Below, piece after piece: positions 17,664 to 26,791 of a stretch of DNA of 38,344 nucleotides. The stretch lies in the sequence record SRR31156797_9282, one strand, 5' to 3'. A program made the position numbers and the translations under genes. The notes under the pieces are model-generated. The model searched no databases and was not told the DNA's origin. It saw only the letters and a list, made by a program, of their open reading frames with translations. Positions within the stretch are counted from its first letter, which is position 1. Every line of letters starts with the position of its first letter.

Positions 17664-20551
17664 TGCGACACATTGCCCTCATCCCATGGCATATGGATTT
17701 CATGCCTGCTGTGACCGAATTATTGATTGAACGCAGCGACTTGCGTAATACCATCGTACTTTTCCCACACAACAGACCTCGCCGACACATCAAGGCCTTG
17801 CTTTCTGAGCATCCGGCCCTGTCGCGTCCCATGTTCATGCCGCACATGACATCTATCGCGGACTTCGTGACTGGCCTGCATCGTACATTGGCTCCTACTC
17901 CACCTGTCCGCGCCAACCAGCTTGATCTTGTGGAAACGCTGCGCGCCGTGGTCAATGATCTGAGAACCACCGAAGGCTCACTCCTGTCCCAATTGCCCAA
18001 ACTGGATCATGAACAATTCCTCCCGTGGGGCATGCGTCTGGTCAAGCTCATGGATGACCTCATGCGTCAGGAAATCGAACCGGATGATCTTGGCTACATG
18101 GAGGGTGAAGTTTCAGCCTATGCCGCAGGGTTGTTGGAACAGCTCAGTTCTATTCACGCCGAGTACACCACCCGACTGATGGCAAAAGGGTGGACCACGT
18201 CAGGCCTGGATACACATTTCATCACTGAAAACCCGGACGCAATCCTTGAGGCTATGCAGGGTAAACATATCATTGCCGCTGGGTTCTACGCACTGAGTGG
18301 TGCTGAAGACACCTTTTTCAAACGCCTGTGGGAAGCAGACATTCTGCATCCGATTATCCATGGAGATCCGGCTCTGGCTTCACATGAGACCCCACACTGG
18401 GCCGCTGCCGAACACGTGGCATGGCTTGCACGATGGCAAACAACAGCCGTCATACCTCCGCATTTCGACACCCCGCCCACAACACCAAAAATCCGTTTCT
18501 GTGAAGGCTATGATCGTCATTCACAATTGGCTGGCCTAACAGAAGACATGAATGCAGCCGCCACATTGGACGAGACCGCCGTAGTCCTGCCCGACGAAGG
18601 CGCATTACTTCCAGTCCTGCACGGCTTGCCGGATGTGGAACCCAACATTTCCATGGGATATCCACTAGAACGGACTTCATTGGCCCGATTGGTAGAAACT
18701 CTGCTGACCTTGCAGGAAAACAGACGCGAGGATGGGCGGTACTATTGGAAAGACCTGATCGCCCTTATTCGACATCCCTACCTGCGCCTGCTCGGCCCCG
18801 AAGAGAAGCCGTTGCGAAGGATTTTCCATTTGTGGGAATCCTCCATGCGCCAAGGTGAAAAATATCTCGATCCCATGGAATGGGAACCACCGTATGGAGA
18901 CGAAACTCTCTCGGATGTCGACAAAAAGATCGCTGAACCTTTGCGTCTGGAAATACTTAATCACTGCCTGACTGACTTCGAACCAGTGGAAAGTCTGGCT
19001 GACCTTGGCGATGCACTGGCCGGACTGGCCGCACTCCTGCATTCCCATGGAGAAAGGCTCTGGCATACCTATCTCATGGACGCCGAATGTCTGTTTCGAT
19101 TGACGAACTCGGTCATTCCGCAACTGAAAAGCGCAGAAGCAAGCACCATCCCATTCAGCCGAACGACACGTCACGCATTCTTGCGACGCATGATTTCCCT
19201 TGAACGCGTTTCCTTTGAGCCAGACCCGCTCGCAGGATTACAAGTCCTCGGCGTCTTGGAAACACGTTTGCTACATTTCAAACGACTCTACATTCTCGAC
19301 GCGGTGGAAGAACGTCTTCCCGGCACCAATCCCTATGATCCACTTTTACCGGACCCGCTCAGAAAACTGCTCGGTCTGCCTGATTCGCGGGAACGAGACA
19401 ATGTCTCCGGCTACAACTTCTACCGTCTGCTCATGGGAGCCGACGAAGCCGTTATCTATTATCAAAGTGGAATCCAACCCGGCCTGCTGGATTCCAAGTC
19501 CGTACGCAGTCGGTTTGTAGAACAATTACTCTGGGAACAGGAGAAAAAAAACAAACACCTTGTGGAAACCGGAGATGACCTCATCAAGGCCGTAACTTTT
19601 CCCACCAGCTCAATCCCCGGCGCTCCAGCCGCCATTCCTGTGACAGACACTATCCATGACGCTCTGGTCGAAAAGCTCTGCTCCAAAGGGCTCTCGCCCT
19701 CACGATTGGACCAGTACATGACTTGTCCAAAACGATTCTTTTATAGCTACCTCAGCAATATGCGCCCTCTGGACACCGTCAATGAAGACGGCGACCGCAG
19801 CGAATTCGGCTCCATGATCCATGAGGTACTCAAGGAATTCCTCACGCCGTACATGAACGTTCTCACTGAATTATCCAAACTTGATCCAACACCACTCATT
19901 ACGGAGTTTGATAACGTCTTCAATTCACACGACCTCTTTTCCCGCTTGCCGCTGGACACCCGCATGGCATTGAAGAAAACAGGCCGATTCAGGCTGACGG
20001 AATTCCTGACTTCACAGAGAACAGCTACGTTGCTCGGATTGGAAAAATCACTCTCAACGACTGTTGAACTGGATGGACTGACCATCCCGCTGGCAGGACA
20101 AATCGACCGCATAGAACAACGCGAAGAAGATATCGTCATCCTCGACTACAAAACCGGGCAAGGGCATCTTCCCAAAAAGAAAATGTGGGAAGATATGGAA
20201 CTTTGGGATCGCATACAGACATTCGGCCCTAACGTGGTGGACGTATCACTCCTGCCGGATATGACAACAGCTATTCGCAGTGTTCAAATGCCTGCCTATC
20301 TCCATCTGTATGCCCAATGTGAACGGCAGACACCGCACGACGCAGGTTTGATAATGCTTGCTTCGGACGGCAAAGAACAACTTTTATTTGGCCCCAAATG
20401 GACTGAAGAAGAACGTGAAGAAAGTGTAAAAGAACAGATTCCTACATTGATTCACACTTTGATCAGGCATATGCTTCTGGCGACACACTTCTCTCCCAAT
20501 CCGGGAACAGCCTGCACGTGGTGCGATTTCAAAGGACCATGTGGGAAATAG
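17663..20551 (+). CDS. addB: AddB-like inactive-helicase / PD-(D/E)XK nuclease with Fe-S staple cysteines
   Basis: TAATG overlap with addA. SPSRLDQYMTCPKRF, GQIDRI, LDYKTG, QMPAY and terminal CTWCDFKGPC give the 1+3 Cys pattern. Confidence 0.82.
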   Translation: MRHIALIPWHMDFMPAVTELLIERSDLRNTIVLFPHNRPRRHIKALLSEHPALSRPMFMPHMTSIADFVTGLHRTLAPTPPVRANQLDLVETLRAVVNDLRTTEGSLLSQLPKLDHEQFLPWGMRLVKLMDDLMRQEIEPDDLGYMEGEVSAYAAGLLEQLSSIHAEYTTRLMAKGWTTSGLDTHFITENPDAILEAMQGKHIIAAGFYALSGAEDTFFKRLWEADILHPIIHGDPALASHETPHWAAAEHVAWLARWQTTAVIPPHFDTPPTTPKIRFCEGYDRHSQLAGLTEDMNAAATLDETAVVLPDEGALLPVLHGLPDVEPNISMGYPLERTSLARLVETLLTLQENRREDGRYYWKDLIALIRHPYLRLLGPEEKPLRRIFHLWESSMRQGEKYLDPMEWEPPYGDETLSDVDKKIAEPLRLEILNHCLTDFEPVESLADLGDALAGLAALLHSHGERLWHTYLMDAECLFRLTNSVIPQLKSAEASTIPFSRTTRHAFLRRMISLERVSFEPDPLAGLQVLGVLETRLLHFKRLYILDAVEERLPGTNPYDPLLPDPLRKLLGLPDSRERDNVSGYNFYRLLMGADEAVIYYQSGIQPGLLDSKSVRSRFVEQLLWEQEKKNKHLVETGDDLIKAVTFPTSSIPGAPAAIPVTDTIHDALVEKLCSKGLSPSRLDQYMTCPKRFFYSYLSNMRPLDTVNEDGDRSEFGSMIHEVLKEFLTPYMNVLTELSKLDPTPLITEFDNVFNSHDLFSRLPLDTRMALKKTGRFRLTEFLTSQRTATLLGLEKSLSTTVELDGLTIPLAGQIDRIEQREEDIVILDYKTGQGHLPKKKMWEDMELWDRIQTFGPNVVDVSLLPDMTTAIRSVQMPAYLHLYAQCERQTPHDAGLIMLASDGKEQLLFGPKWTEEEREESVKEQIPTLIHTLIRHMLLATHFSPNPGTACTWCDFKGPCGK

Positions 20552-20572
20552 GACAAACCAAGGATTAACGGC

Positions 20573-21016
20573 ATGCAATACAGCGAAGGAACCATTGGTC
20601 GCGTGTTCACCCTGCGACTCGAAGAAGGTGAACGCGTCCCTGACTGCATCGAACATTTTGCCGAAGAACACGACATCAAAACGGCTATGTGTACCATGAT
20701 CGGCGGTATCAACGGCGGCAATATCGTTGTTGGTCCCAAGGATGGCAATGCACCAATCATTGACCCCATTCTCCATCCCATCAGTGGAGCGCATGAAGTA
20801 GCCGCACTCGGAACGCTCTTTCCCGATGAAAATGACAAGCCCGTTCTGCATATGCACGCAGCTCTTGGCCGTGACGGGAAAACACATACCGGCTGCATCC
20901 GCCCCGGCCTTGATGTCTGGCTGGTCGGAGAAGTAATTATCATGGAAATCCTGAATACGGATATGCTGCGTAAAAAAGAAACAAAGAGCGGCCTGGCCCT
21001 GCTCGCCAAGAAATAG
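20573..21016 (+). CDS. PPC domain (DUF296) protein
   Basis: GRVFTLRLEEGE, E..ALGT and LHMHAAL....HTGCI motifs; 147 aa. Confidence 0.85.
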   Translation: MQYSEGTIGRVFTLRLEEGERVPDCIEHFAEEHDIKTAMCTMIGGINGGNIVVGPKDGNAPIIDPILHPISGAHEVAALGTLFPDENDKPVLHMHAALGRDGKTHTGCIRPGLDVWLVGEVIIMEILNTDMLRKKETKSGLALLAKK

Positions 21017-21018
21017 TT

Positions 21019-22215
21019 ATGTTCTCAGCACACACTGTTATCTGCGGAGCAGGCATCCTTGGCATGACCATAGCCCGCGAACTGATCAAAGCCGGTTGCG
21101 ACGACATCATCATTTTCGACAAGGAACCTGCTCCCGGCATGCACGCCTCAGGTCGTAATAGCGGCGTACTTCATGCCGGTATTTATTATGATCCCGGCAC
21201 ATTAAAAGCGCAGATGTGTCTGGAAGGCAACCGTCGCATGCAGGCTTATTGCGAAGAGAACGGCCTGCCTCTCTTCAAATCCGGTAAAGTCATTGTAGCC
21301 AGGACAGAAAACGAACTGGACACACTGGACGAACTGAAGCGACGCGCCACCGCCAACGGTGGCACTGTCGAGATGATCGACGAAGCGCAACTGGCCAAAT
21401 TGGAACCTAATGCCAAAACCGTTGAACGTGCTCTGCACTCACCGCTGACTGCCGTTGTGGACCCTAAAAAAGTCCTCACAGCCATGCACCATGAACTTGA
21501 GACGAGCGGCAAGGTTCGATTCTTTTTCAACACCTGCTTCCAAGATAAAGGATATGACAGCGTTCTGACCTCGGAAGGCCCAATCAGATACTCTCTCTTT
21601 ATCAACGCAGCCGGAGCATATAGTGACAAGGTTGCTCACGCCTTCGGCATCGCCAAAAATTATCGTCTGCTCCCGTTTAAAGGCATCTACCACAAACTGA
21701 AAAAACCAGCCGCCAACAAGATCAACGGGTCGATTTATCCGGTACCCAACATCAAAAACCCATTTCTTGGCGTACACTTTACCCGAAGTGTCCATGGCGA
21801 TGTATATGTCGGGCCGACAGCTATCCCGGCTTTTGGACGCGAAAATTACGGTATCCTCAAAGGATTGGATACAGAATTCCTCTCCATCCTCTTTCAGGAC
21901 CTGAATTTATTTATCGAAAATGAAAAATTTCGCCAAGTCGCCCTTGAAGAACCTCGAAAATACTTCTTTAAATACTTTTTCAGAGACGCAGCCAAACTAG
22001 TCAAACATATCACCGCGAATGACTTCATATCCACATCCAAAGCAGGAATACGGCCACAGTTGGTCAATACAGACACACATGAATTGGTCATGGACTTTGT
22101 GGTTAAACGACATGACAACACCGTGCATATTCTCAACTCAATTTCACCAGCTTTTACAAGTTCCATGTATTTCGCAGAGTTGACAGTCAAACAATATATA
22201 AAGGAAATATATTAG
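21019..22215 (+). CDS. lhgO: L-2-hydroxyglutarate oxidase/dehydrogenase family FAD oxidoreductase
   Basis: GAGILG, HASGRNSGVLHAGIYY, NAAGAYSD, IYPVP...PFLGVHFT, GPTA, GIRPQ and SPAFTSS. Confidence 0.85.
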   Translation: MFSAHTVICGAGILGMTIARELIKAGCDDIIIFDKEPAPGMHASGRNSGVLHAGIYYDPGTLKAQMCLEGNRRMQAYCEENGLPLFKSGKVIVARTENELDTLDELKRRATANGGTVEMIDEAQLAKLEPNAKTVERALHSPLTAVVDPKKVLTAMHHELETSGKVRFFFNTCFQDKGYDSVLTSEGPIRYSLFINAAGAYSDKVAHAFGIAKNYRLLPFKGIYHKLKKPAANKINGSIYPVPNIKNPFLGVHFTRSVHGDVYVGPTAIPAFGRENYGILKGLDTEFLSILFQDLNLFIENEKFRQVALEEPRKYFFKYFFRDAAKLVKHITANDFISTSKAGIRPQLVNTDTHELVMDFVVKRHDNTVHILNSISPAFTSSMYFAELTVKQYIKEIY

Positions 22216-22241
22216 TCGATTCAAACACCAGTTTATCTTGA

Positions 22242-22276
22242 CTTGATTTGCATTATCAAGCACACGAGCGTATCTT
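22242..22276 (+). promoter_or_regulatory. Sigma70 promoter with an overlapping palindrome (candidate Fur-type box)
   Basis: TTGCAT(22248)-17 bp-TATCTT(22271). The palindrome CTTGAT-N7-ATCAAG (22242-22260) covers the -35. Confidence 0.45.
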
Positions 22277-22299
22277 CAGAAAAATATGAGGTAACCCCA

Positions 22300-23445
22300 A
22301 TGAAACTTCCGAATCTTACTTTCGGTGACCTGACTGCCAAGCTTCCCATCATTCAGGGCGGCATGGGCGTCGGCATATCCCTTTCAGGCCTGGCAAGCGC
22401 CGTTGCCAATGAAGGCGGCGTTGGCGTCATCGCCACATCCATGATCGGCATGCGTGATCCCAAGCGTGCCACAGACCCCGAAGCTGCAGATCATCAAGGA
22501 CTTATTGATGAAATCCGCAAAGCTCGTTCCAAAATGACCGATGGTCTGCTCGGCGTGAACATCATGTGCGCCTTGACCAATTACGGCGACATGGTCCGCA
22601 CTTCCATCCGCGAAAAAGTGGATGTTATCATCTCCGGTGCAGGATTGCCCCTAGACCTACCGGGCTATCTTCGAGAAATGTCCGAAGAGATGAAGGACGA
22701 CATGCGTACCAAACTGGTACCCATCGTTTCCTCTGGTCGTGCGGCTTCTATTCTGTGCCGCAAATGGCTAAACCGGTTTGACTATCTGCCCGACGGCTTC
22801 GTCGTCGAAGGTCCCAAAGCCGGAGGCCACCTCGGCTTCAAGGCGGAACAGATCGACGACCCGAAATTCCAGCTTGAAAATATTGTTTCCGATGTCGTAA
22901 ATGTCGTGGGTCCTTACAAGGACTCTCACCACAAAAACATTCCCGTCATCGCTGCCGGCGGCGTATATACCGGCGAAGACATCGCAAAATACCTTGAAAT
23001 GGGCGCTTCAGGTGTCCAGATGGGTACTCGCTTCGTTGCAACAGAAGAATGCGATGCAGACGAAGCATTCAAGCAAGCATACATCAATGCACAGAAAGAA
23101 GATGTAACCATCATCAAAAGTCCTGTAGGCATGCCTGGTCGCGCACTTAAAAATAGTTTCCTCGACGCCGTATCCAGCGGGTTGAAAAAACCCAAGAAGT
23201 GCGTGCATAAATGCCTACACTCCTGCGCCGAAGAAAAATCCCCATACTGCATCGCCCAAGCTTTGGTGAATGCATACAAAGGCAAGCTCAAACACGGCTT
23301 TGTCTTTGCTGGTGCCAATGCCTACCTTGTTGACAAGATCGTTACCGTGAAGGAACTCATGAACGGTCTCAAGGAGGAAGCGGAAAGGAAATATGAAGAA
23401 GCAGAAAAAATGCTTCAGCAGGCAGAAAAGAAATTCCGCCCATAA
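22300..23445 (+). CDS. Nitronate monooxygenase-family FMN enzyme, FabX/UfaA-like, with C-terminal Cys cluster
   Basis: PIIQGGMGVGIS, EGPKAGGHLG, AAGG, GVQMGTRF, SPVGMPGRA and CVHKCLHSC...YCI. RBS GAGG precedes ATG 22300. Confidence 0.85.
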   Translation: MKLPNLTFGDLTAKLPIIQGGMGVGISLSGLASAVANEGGVGVIATSMIGMRDPKRATDPEAADHQGLIDEIRKARSKMTDGLLGVNIMCALTNYGDMVRTSIREKVDVIISGAGLPLDLPGYLREMSEEMKDDMRTKLVPIVSSGRAASILCRKWLNRFDYLPDGFVVEGPKAGGHLGFKAEQIDDPKFQLENIVSDVVNVVGPYKDSHHKNIPVIAAGGVYTGEDIAKYLEMGASGVQMGTRFVATEECDADEAFKQAYINAQKEDVTIIKSPVGMPGRALKNSFLDAVSSGLKKPKKCVHKCLHSCAEEKSPYCIAQALVNAYKGKLKHGFVFAGANAYLVDKIVTVKELMNGLKEEAERKYEEAEKMLQQAEKKFRP

Positions 23446-23463
23446 TCAAAACTCACAGAACAC

Positions 23464-23497
23464 AAAAAGGCGAGACCAAACGGTCTCGCTTTTTTTT
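23464..23497. terminator. Bidirectional intrinsic terminator
   Basis: AAAAAGGCGAGACC-AAAC-GGTCTCGCTTTTTTTT between convergent genes. Confidence 0.85.
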
Positions 23498-23516
23498 ATA
23501 CACTCTATTGTGTCTG

Positions 23517-24023
23517 CTACTCGAAACGACGAGCCGTGATTACGGAAACCGGATCAACCGGCACATCGTCGAACCCCTGATAGCTCTTGGTCTTGGCTTT
23601 GCTGATTTTAACAGCCACGTCCATGCCATCGATCACTTCACCGAACACACAGTAACCAAAATTCTCATCATCCTCGCCCGTGTGGTCGAGATCAGCATTA
23701 TCTGAAACATTAATATAAAACTGACTGGTTGCACTATGCGGTTCGGGCAAACGCCCCATGGCCACCGATCCTTCGACATTCTTCAGTCCGTTGGTCGCCT
23801 CATTTTCAATGGACTCGCGCGTTTCCTTTTCTTCCATGGAGAAAGTCAAACCACCGGTCTGAACCATAAAACCCTTGATAACACGATGAAACAACGTTCC
23901 GTCATAGAACTCGTCATCCACGTACTGTAAAAAATTCTCAACGGTTTTTGGGGCCTTATCCGGGAAAAGCTCAATGAGGATTTCGCCTTCCGGGGTTTCC
24001 AGAAGAACCATGGGATTTTCCAT
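23517..24023 (-). CDS. Cyclophilin-type peptidyl-prolyl cis-trans isomerase
   Basis: APKTVENF, YDGTLFHRVI.GFMVQ.GG, SATSQFYIN and YCVFGEV..GMDV. Confidence 0.93.
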   Translation of the reverse strand: MENPMVLLETPEGEILIELFPDKAPKTVENFLQYVDDEFYDGTLFHRVIKGFMVQTGGLTFSMEEKETRESIENEATNGLKNVEGSVAMGRLPEPHSATSQFYINVSDNADLDHTGEDDENFGYCVFGEVIDGMDVAVKISKAKTKSYQGFDDVPVDPVSVITARRFE

Positions 24024-24026
24024 TAT

Positions 24027-24986
24027 CTACTCCGTATCGTTGTTTTTTGTATCACTTTCATTCGCACCCGCTCTCGGATGCGCAGAATCGTATACCTGCA
24101 TGATGTGCTGCATGTCCAGATGCGTGTACCGCTGAGTCGTGGTCAAATTTTCATGCCCCAAAAGCTCCTGCACACTGCGAAGATCAGCTCCGGCTTCAAG
24201 CATATGCGTAGCGAAACTATGTCGCAGCATATGCGGGTGGACATCCTTAGGCAGGCCTGCCAGCTTGCCGAGCTTGGCAATAACGCGGTTAGCCTGCCGC
24301 CGATCCAACCGTTTCCCGGCGCGCACACTCAAAAACAGTGCTTGTTCGGAATAATCATCCTTGATAAAGGCATGCCGCTGTTCCATGTATCGCCGAATAC
24401 GTTTAATCGCGGCATCAGACAATGGAACAATCCGTTCTTTATTGCCCTTACCCACCACTCGAATAACATCCGAATCCACGTCATTCATATCCAGACCAAT
24501 AGCCTCACTGATACGCAAACCTGAACCGTAAAGCACTTCCGCCAAAGCGATATCCCGCAAGCCTTCCGGATCAGGCTCAACAGCTGCTTCCATCATGGAT
24601 ACGGCCTGATCCACATTGAGTAATTGCGGGTGCCGTTTCTCCTGCTTAGGATTACGGATGCCCGCCATGGGGTCCTTGACAATTTGTTTGTGCCGTAAAA
24701 GATATTTAAAATAAGCACGCAGACTGGATAATTTTCGTCCCATGGACGCCTTGGAAAGTTGACGCCTATGTAGCTCCGCCAAAAAACCACGCACATGATC
24801 ACGAGTCACCCGCTCCGGCTTCTCTAACGTACGTTTTTTCAACTTGAGATAAGTTTGAAATTGTTCAAGATCGGTCCCATATGATCGGATTGTGGCACTG
24901 GAATATCCCTTCTCCACGGCGAGAAAGGCGAGAAATCCCTGAACGATTTCGCCTTGTTGATTACGCTTTTCGTTGGTCGATGACAT
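24027..24986 (-). CDS. xerC: Tyrosine recombinase XerC (chromosome dimer resolution)
   Basis: Full catalytic set LYGSGLRISE, GKGNKER, HPHMLRHSFATH, LLGH and TTQRYTH, plus an N-terminal SAM-like domain. It sits in a housekeeping context downstream of dprA. Confidence 0.85.
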   Translation of the reverse strand: MSSTNEKRNQQGEIVQGFLAFLAVEKGYSSATIRSYGTDLEQFQTYLKLKKRTLEKPERVTRDHVRGFLAELHRRQLSKASMGRKLSSLRAYFKYLLRHKQIVKDPMAGIRNPKQEKRHPQLLNVDQAVSMMEAAVEPDPEGLRDIALAEVLYGSGLRISEAIGLDMNDVDSDVIRVVGKGNKERIVPLSDAAIKRIRRYMEQRHAFIKDDYSEQALFLSVRAGKRLDRRQANRVIAKLGKLAGLPKDVHPHMLRHSFATHMLEAGADLRSVQELLGHENLTTTQRYTHLDMQHIMQVYDSAHPRAGANESDTKNNDTE

Positions 24987-25923
24987 AACTGCTCTTGGGG
25001 TCTTCCTTGGCCTTTTTCTTCAAATCCATGGCGATGGACGAGACTTCGCCGTAATGTTCTATCCGTCCGTTCATGTTAACAACCACAGCCAAAGAAATGG
25101 CCATCAATGGAAAAACCTTGGTATTCCCTTCTCGATCCACGGAGGTAATATTTCCCCGCTGCCGATCTTCAGGATCATAAAAATGCGGAACAATATCGTC
25201 AAAGGCCGCGATGATGCGTTTACACGCACCCTCTACCTTGTCTGGCGGCAGGATAAACACGAAGTCATCACCACCAACATGCCCGACAAAACTCTGTACG
25301 CCCTGATAGCTACGAATTGTATTCACGATAAGTCGAGCCGACATCATTAGGACTTCATCGCCCCGTGAAAAGCCATATTTATCGTTGTAAGATTTGAAAT
25401 AATCGAGGTCACAGTAAGCCAGAGCAAAGTCTTCACCGCTATCGATTAACTGCTGAATTCGCTGAATAATCGAAGTATTTCCCGGCAGCTTGGAAAGCGG
25501 GTTTGCATCAAGTGCGCGCATGGCCCGACACAGGGTGAGATTTATACGATCACGCACCTCGGACGGATTAAACGGCCTGACAAGAAAATCATCAACCTCA
25601 ATGGTATTCCAATTCCACGGCTCTTCAACGTCGATGGGGTCCACGCACATAACCACCGGCAACTGTCGATACACATTCTCACTTTTGACAAGATTCGCGA
25701 TCTCTCGACCAGATATGTCCGAAAGACGATTATCCACGACCAAAAGATCCGGTGGTTCGTTGAACAGATGCTCAATAGCCTTGCCACCTTGATCGAAAAC
25801 CGTAAATTCAAGCACATCCGGCGACCACAGTTTTTGCAACATTTCGGCAAGGGCTGCATCGGGTGTCAGCAAGAAGCCTGTCTGTTTACGCTGAAAAAGA
25901 GATTTTTCAAGAGTTCGACTCAT
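24961..25923 (-). CDS. Atypical receiver-GGDEF (GGDDF) diguanylate cyclase-like protein
   Basis: REC-like PPDLLVVD...DDFLVRPF, followed by DANPLSKLPGN, DLDYFKSYNDKYGFSRGD and HVGGDDF. Confidence 0.88.
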   Translation of the reverse strand: MSRTLEKSLFQRKQTGFLLTPDAALAEMLQKLWSPDVLEFTVFDQGGKAIEHLFNEPPDLLVVDNRLSDISGREIANLVKSENVYRQLPVVMCVDPIDVEEPWNWNTIEVDDFLVRPFNPSEVRDRINLTLCRAMRALDANPLSKLPGNTSIIQRIQQLIDSGEDFALAYCDLDYFKSYNDKYGFSRGDEVLMMSARLIVNTIRSYQGVQSFVGHVGGDDFVFILPPDKVEGACKRIIAAFDDIVPHFYDPEDRQRGNITSVDREGNTKVFPLMAISLAVVVNMNGRIEHYGEVSSIAMDLKKKAKEDPKSSYVIDQRKA

Positions 25924-25951
25924 AAAGGGAGCCTAGCAGAGCTTCACAAAA

Positions 25952-26788
25952 TTATAAAGTGAGATCAGAAACTTCAAGAAGTTGATCGGACATCTCATCC
26001 ATAACCTTATCAAGATCTGACATCTTGAACTTGAGTTCAATGAGCGCCTCAGGACGCAGATAGGCTGTTTGATCATCGCCAGAATTTCCAAACTCGAACA
26101 ACCTAACCAAAAAATCACCCAAATGTACCACGCAGGACATGGGCTTATAAAATTCGGCTAATTGCGGCGCATGGTGACGACTCATGGCTTCACGGATATT
26201 CGGCGGCAAGCCCCAATGACGGGCAAGCCATGCGTTAATGCGATCATGCCCAAAACCAAGAACATCTTTTTCAGCTTGAAAATATGTCATTTCCTTGGTC
26301 TGCACCGTATCAAGAATGGAAGCATGCAGGTCAGGAAGCTGCACAGCGGTCACGACCTTTCCAAGATCATGCAGAAGTCCAGCCACTGCGTACTCTTCAG
26401 GATCTTCAAACCCGGCACGTCGAGCTATAATATTACAGGCCGTTGCACATCCGAGGCTATGTTCCCACAGCCCCTTCATGGCCTGAACCATCATATCAAA
26501 AACCGATGTGGAAATAATAATACCACGTACCACGTTGAATCCAAGCAGCACCAACGCATGCTGAATAGAGCTAATGCGACCGGGAAAACCATAAATGGGA
26601 GAATTGACCATCTTCAAAACTTTGGCAGATAAGACTTGATCCGTAGAAATAACCTTGGCAATGGCCTCGCTGGAGGCATCCGGGTCCTCCACGAGGGTCG
26701 TAACCTTGTTCAAAACGTGCGGCAAAGTCGGCAAATCCTTCACCTGAAGGATTTCGCCTCGAATACTGGTTTTCAGATCTTCATCCAT
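25952..26788 (-). CDS. HDOD domain protein
   Basis: LPTLP, DQVLSAKVLKMVNSPIYG, ALVLLG, LWEHS, AGLLHDLGK, W.LP and HH.P. Confidence 0.92.
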   Translation of the reverse strand: MDEDLKTSIRGEILQVKDLPTLPHVLNKVTTLVEDPDASSEAIAKVISTDQVLSAKVLKMVNSPIYGFPGRISSIQHALVLLGFNVVRGIIISTSVFDMMVQAMKGLWEHSLGCATACNIIARRAGFEDPEEYAVAGLLHDLGKVVTAVQLPDLHASILDTVQTKEMTYFQAEKDVLGFGHDRINAWLARHWGLPPNIREAMSRHHAPQLAEFYKPMSCVVHLGDFLVRLFEFGNSGDDQTAYLRPEALIELKFKMSDLDKVMDEMSDQLLEVSDLTL

Positions 26789-26791
26789 GTT

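Noticed and set aside
14517..20551. Helicase plus Cas4-like Fe-S nuclease as a defence or CRISPR system
   Set aside because: The architecture is that of the housekeeping AddAB repair complex. There are no cas genes or repeat-spacer array in the window.
24027..24986. Tyrosine recombinase as a phage/island integrase
   Set aside because: It has XerC-type motifs and housekeeping operon context. I saw no att repeats, adjacent tRNA or mobile cargo.
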